Positions 59,851 to 64,000 of a DNA stretch of 64,000 nt are shown here, one piece after another. The first letter of the stretch is position 1. Every line of letters begins with the position of its first letter. Source of the DNA: Truepera sp. (GTDB lineage: Bacteria; Deinococcota; Deinococci; Deinococcales; Trueperaceae); the NCBI GenBank assembly GCA_965218435.1, contig CBDCKW010000009.1:864001-928000 (forward strand), given 5' to 3'. The notes below the pieces were generated by a model that was not told where the DNA came from, made no database searches, and worked only from the letters and a program-made list of their open reading frames with translations. The translations under genes and the position numbers were made by a program.

Positions 59851-60704
59851 GCGCGCGGCCTCAACAGATCGGCCAGCCCGTCTCCAATCAAGCTAAAGGT
59901 CACCCCCGCAGCGGTAAGCGCCAAACCCGGAAACGTCGTCATCCACGGCGCGGTGACCATAAAGTTCTTGCCGTCGGCGACCATCACGCCCCATTCGGCG
60001 GTCGGGGGTTGTGCGCCTAAACCCAGATACCCTAACGACGCACCGAGCAAAATCCCGAGCGACATATCGGTCATCAGATAGACGATAGCGGGGGTGACAG
60101 CGTTGGGTAACAGGTGGCGGAAGATGATTCTCGAGGGCGAATAGCCCATCACCTTAGCTGCTTGCGCGTACTCCGCTTTTTTCTGGACGAACATCTCGCC
60201 GCGTACGAGCCGCGCGTAGTAAATCCAGCCCACCGAACTCACAGCGATATACATATTTAAGAGTCCAGGGCCTAACACCGCGACGATAGCGATGACTAAA
60301 ACCAAAAACGGAAATACGACGACGACGTCAACGATGCGCCCGAAAATCGCGTCAAGCCAGCGGCCGTAATAGCCGGTCAGCGCCCCGACGAAGGTGCCGA
60401 AGATAAAGGGAAACAGGGTGGTAAAAAGGGCAATCTGCAGGTCAACCCTCGCGCCCCAGATGACCCGTGAAAAGATATCGCGGCCGAAGTTGTCGGTCCC
60501 GAACGGGTGCGCGGTGCTCGGCGGTTGCATCAGGGCGGTGTAATCGAATTCAGCCGGGTTATACGGGGCGAGCTGTGCCGGGAACAGTGCGGTGATTAAA
60601 AAGACAAGCAACAGTAACAGCCCGACAAGTAGCGTCGGTTTAGGGCGAACACGCAGAAGACTGCGGGGGGCGTTTCGTTCGGTGCTGAGCGTAGGGGAGG
60701 CCAC
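59847..60704 (-). CDS. Peptide ABC permease (OppC/DppC-like)
   Basis: HPFGTDNFGRDIFSR, HLLPN, LGLGAQPPTAEWG. Confidence 0.93.
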   Translation of the reverse strand: MASPTLSTERNAPRSLLRVRPKPTLLVGLLLLLVFLITALFPAQLAPYNPAEFDYTALMQPPSTAHPFGTDNFGRDIFSRVIWGARVDLQIALFTTLFPFIFGTFVGALTGYYGRWLDAIFGRIVDVVVVFPFLVLVIAIVAVLGPGLLNMYIAVSSVGWIYYARLVRGEMFVQKKAEYAQAAKVMGYSPSRIIFRHLLPNAVTPAIVYLMTDMSLGILLGASLGYLGLGAQPPTAEWGVMVADGKNFMVTAPWMTTFPGLALTAAGVTFSLIGDGLADLLRPRA

Positions 60705-60715
60705 AACACCCCTTT

Positions 60716-61657
60716 CTAGGCGTACTCGGTACGCGGGTCGAGCGCGGCGTACACGAGGTCGGTGAGTAAAAACACCAGTGAGACGAGGAGCGCGAAGGTC
60801 AGCGTCAGGCCCTGAATGACCGCGTAGTCACGGCCGAAGATGGCGTCTACCATCAGGCGTCCCACACCGGGAATGGCAAAGACCGTTTCGGTAATCACTG
60901 CGCCGCCGATGAGCTGTCCGATGCTGAGGCCGAAGAGCGTGACGGTCGAGATCAGCGCGTTACGCAAGATATGTTTGAGCACCACGACGCGCCGTTTAAG
61001 ACCCTTGGAGCGGGCAAACTCGACGTATTCGGCGCTGAAGACTTCGATGATCGAGGCGCGCAGGTTACGCATCAAAATAGCGGCCAGATAAAACCCGAGC
61101 GAAAGTGCAGGCAAAAAGAGGTAGTATAGGTTTTGGACGAAGTTTTGGCCGATACCGCCGACGGGAAACCAGCCTAAACGTGCGCCGAAAAAGGTCAAAA
61201 GCTGTAACCCGACGTAAAAAACCGGGACCGAGAGCCCGACCTGAAACACGCCGCGAATGAGCGCGTCCACCCAGGTATTGCGGGTAAAGGCAGCCAAAAT
61301 AGCGAGCGGCACCGCGAGCAGCGCGGCGAGAACGGCGGCGTAGAGCGTCAGAAAGAGCGTCACCGGCATCCGCTGAGCGATCAGCGTCAGCACCGGTACT
61401 TTGAGGTTGATCGACGAGCCTAAGTTGCCCTGAAAAAAGTCTTTGATAAAAATGCCGAATTGGACCGGCAGCGGTTGGTCAAGCCCCAACTGTCGGTTGA
61501 TCCGCTCAACGGCTTCAGGCGTGGCCCGCTCGCCTAAGATGGCGCTCGCCGGGTCGCCGGGTAACAGGCGGACCATCACAAAAACGAGCAGCATCACTAC
61601 AAAAAACGTCGGGATAATCTGTAAAAGCCGCGTTAGCGCGTACTGCCACCTGTTCAC
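60716..61657 (-). CDS. Peptide ABC permease (OppB/DppB-like)
   Basis: LLPGDPA, LGLDQP, ARSKGL..HILRNAL, TETVFAIPGVG. Confidence 0.93.
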   Translation of the reverse strand: MNRWQYALTRLLQIIPTFFVVMLLVFVMVRLLPGDPASAILGERATPEAVERINRQLGLDQPLPVQFGIFIKDFFQGNLGSSINLKVPVLTLIAQRMPVTLFLTLYAAVLAALLAVPLAILAAFTRNTWVDALIRGVFQVGLSVPVFYVGLQLLTFFGARLGWFPVGGIGQNFVQNLYYLFLPALSLGFYLAAILMRNLRASIIEVFSAEYVEFARSKGLKRRVVVLKHILRNALISTVTLFGLSIGQLIGGAVITETVFAIPGVGRLMVDAIFGRDYAVIQGLTLTFALLVSLVFLLTDLVYAALDPRTEYA

Positions 61658-61914
61658 TCAGCCCCCTCACAAGCACAGCTGTCTACTAGGTTCTGTTGCC
61701 CTTTTGCTTTAGTTATAACGACTTCTGCCGCCGGACGCGTGAGTCGTCAGGTATCAGAAGTCCGTAGCCAAAAGCTTTCAGCCTTCTGCGTGGGTAATAT
61801 CAGTTATGCAGTTAAGTAAAGCTCTCGCAAGTAGAGATCAACACAACTCAGCTAAACCAGTGATTCAAGCAAGCCTTGTGGCGTATCACAGGGCTGCTTG
61901 CGTTAAGGTTAAGG

Positions 61915-63486
61915 CTACTGCTCGAGGTATGCCCCCTTAAAGATGTTGTTACCTAAAGGAATCTGCACAAACCCTTTGACCGACGCTTGGAGCGCGACCG
62001 GATAGGGGGTTTCGTAGAGGAACACGATAGGAGCCGCGTCCATATAGATACTTTGGATTTGGCGGTACTCCTCGGCGCGTTTGGCCGTATCGAGTTCTTT
62101 CTGGCTCTGGGCAAACAGGGTGTCAATCTTGTCACTTTTGAACCCGGTGTGGAGCGATTCGACGTTGTCGTAAACGGCAAAGTACGAGGTGATCTCGCTG
62201 GGGTCGCTGATGTCGTTTGTCCAGCCAGAGACGCGCATATCGAAGTCGTTGTTGCGGTAGCGTTCGGTTTCGGTGGCGGCCTCGAGCTGCTCGACGTTGA
62301 CCTTGACGTTAAGCGTACTCCACATGTCTTGTAACGTGGTTGCCAAGGCCACGTCGTTGGCGCTGCCCGTCGTTGTCAGGATCGAGACACTAAAACCGTC
62401 CGCGTAGCCAGCCTCGGACATGAGTGATTGGGCTTTCTCGAGGTCAAACGGATAGCCCGTCTGCGTATCGTCATAGAGCGGCGTTGTCGAAGACATAAAC
62501 GACTTCATCGGCGTCCCGTTGCCAAACGCCACCACCTGGATGAGCGCCTCTTTGTTGGTCGCGTAGTTGAGCGCCTGCCGGACCCGCACGTCTGCGAGCG
62601 GATTGACCGAGCCGTCGTTGAGTTTCGGGCGGTTGTTCATCAACACCGTATTGACCTGCGTCGAGGGAAACAGCTCCATATCAAGACGCGAATCGGCTTT
62701 GAGTTCGGCAACGCGGCTGAGCGGGATAAACTCGGCACCTTGGATTTCTCCGGACTGAAGCCGCAGAATCCGGGTGTTATCGTCGGCAATGATCTCGAAA
62801 CGCACACGGTCTAGGTACGGTAGCGGCTTCCCGTCAGCACCTTTTTCCCAGTAGTAGGGGTTGCGCCCCAGCACCATAGATGAGCCGCGTTGCCACTCGC
62901 TGACCATAAACGGACCTGAACCTATAGGTTTTTCGGCAAACGCTTCAGCTTTGTCAGCGTCGGTTTTGCCGGGTGCTGCTTCAAACAGGCTTTTAGACAT
63001 AATTGCCGCGTTGAAGGTCGCTAACGCAGCAGGTAAGGTTGCGTCTTGGTGCGCCAGATGAATCGTCACGCCGCTGCCACTAGTATCTACCGAATCAATC
63101 GACGTAAGCAGAAAGTTCCAAATCCCGTTTTCAGGATTACGTGCCCGGTCGAGCGACCACTTCACATCTTCGGGCGTAATCGGCGAACCGTCGGCAAACT
63201 TGATGTTGGGGCGGAGCGTCACCGTATAGGTCAGGCCGTCATCTGACGGGGTAACTTCGGTGGCAAGCCCCGGCTGCACGCCGGTACCGTCTTCGGTGGG
63301 TTGCAAAAGCGTGTCGTAGAGGTTGGTCAGGACCCAAATATCGAGGTTGGCGTCGTTCAGAACAGGGTCTAAAAAGAGCGAGTCGGCGTAGCGGCCGTAG
63401 GTCAGTTCACCGCCGCGCGTCTGTGCGAGCGCATTTCCGAATAAGACCAGACACAAGCTGAGTAGAAGGGGGACGAGTCTTCTCAC
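61915..63486 (-). CDS. Peptide ABC substrate-binding protein (SBP family 5)
   Basis: Signal peptide; LYDTL, PGLA, KFADGSPITPEDVKWS, PIGSGPF, VRQALNYA; GGAGG RBS. Confidence 0.93.
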   Translation of the reverse strand: MRRLVPLLLSLCLVLFGNALAQTRGGELTYGRYADSLFLDPVLNDANLDIWVLTNLYDTLLQPTEDGTGVQPGLATEVTPSDDGLTYTVTLRPNIKFADGSPITPEDVKWSLDRARNPENGIWNFLLTSIDSVDTSGSGVTIHLAHQDATLPAALATFNAAIMSKSLFEAAPGKTDADKAEAFAEKPIGSGPFMVSEWQRGSSMVLGRNPYYWEKGADGKPLPYLDRVRFEIIADDNTRILRLQSGEIQGAEFIPLSRVAELKADSRLDMELFPSTQVNTVLMNNRPKLNDGSVNPLADVRVRQALNYATNKEALIQVVAFGNGTPMKSFMSSTTPLYDDTQTGYPFDLEKAQSLMSEAGYADGFSVSILTTTGSANDVALATTLQDMWSTLNVKVNVEQLEAATETERYRNNDFDMRVSGWTNDISDPSEITSYFAVYDNVESLHTGFKSDKIDTLFAQSQKELDTAKRAEEYRQIQSIYMDAAPIVFLYETPYPVALQASVKGFVQIPLGNNIFKGAYLEQ

Positions 63487-63573
63487 AAGCGACCTCCGGG
63501 TAACAGTCCGCAGATTTCCTGCTAGGGATGACGCAACTGTTATGGCCGACTGTAACAGTTAATCAATATGCAG

Positions 63574-64000
63574 TCAACTGTTAAAATTTTCTTTAACGCC
63601 GAGTGGCAAAAACGGCTGCAACTGCTCAAAAGCCGCGCCGATACTGAGCGTTTGGGCGTCGGTTTGCCGTGCAGTAACTATTTGCAACCCTACCGGTAAG
63701 CCGTCACCAAGGCCGCATGGGACGGAGAGCGCGGGGAGTCCGAGCAGGTTCAAAGGGCCGGTAAAGTGCATTTCGGCAGCTCCTTCGTCACCGGTGACGC
63801 TCGGGTCTTCGGCGGGCGCAACCCACGGCACGGTCGGTGTGAGCAGCGCGTCTACCGCAAGAAAGTGCTCGGCCACGCGGCGCTGCAAGGTTTGCTGAAC
63901 TTTTTGTGCTTTGAGGTAAGTTATAGCGGAGACGGTCAAGCCCTGCTCGAGCTGCGCCAAAGTTCCAGGCGCATAATCCTCTTTACGGTGCAAGGTGTCC
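63574..64000 (-). CDS. Amidase signature (GatA-like) protein, C-terminal part; runs off the window
   Basis: DALLTPT, FTGPLNLLGLPALSVPCG..GLPVGLQIV. Confidence 0.85.
   Translation of the reverse strand, partial: DTLHRKEDYAPGTLAQLEQGLTVSAITYLKAQKVQQTLQRRVAEHFLAVDALLTPTVPWVAPAEDPSVTGDEGAAEMHFTGPLNLLGLPALSVPCGLGDGLPVGLQIVTARQTDAQTLSIGAAFEQLQPFLPLGVKENFNS

Overview
A GC-rich (about 58% by eye) bacterial chromosome segment, most consistent with Deinococcota (Truepera-like). That assignment is an inference from the sigma70 C-terminus, many leaderless genes with a TANNNT box 5-7 nt before the start codon, and heavy CTCGAG enrichment. The backbone carries purB/purC/purS, purN/purD, hslVU, dusA, dxs, truD, a sigma70 factor, a beta-carbonic anhydrase and tRNA-Asp. 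Accessory content: (i) a 3.1-8.1 kb patch of foreign-looking regulator+effector modules separated by three direct copies of a ~27-37 bp sequence and ending in a decayed serine resolvase; (ii) an IS pile-up at 16.2-19.4 kb (IS982-like, IS200 remnant, and a MITE and an intact ISAs1 sharing one target); (iii) mazEF; (iv) a GH6 glucanase next to the tRNA; (v) an ArgH-like lyase coupled to a sugar ABC transporter; (vi) Ada plus a PEP-mutase-family gene; (vii) a LOV-GGDEF-EAL photoreceptor and a GAF/HD-GYP protein; (viii) a ~14 kb peptide-ABC catabolic operon of unknown substrate. No CRISPR array, rRNA or prophage was seen. All calls come from motif recognition by eye; no searches were run.
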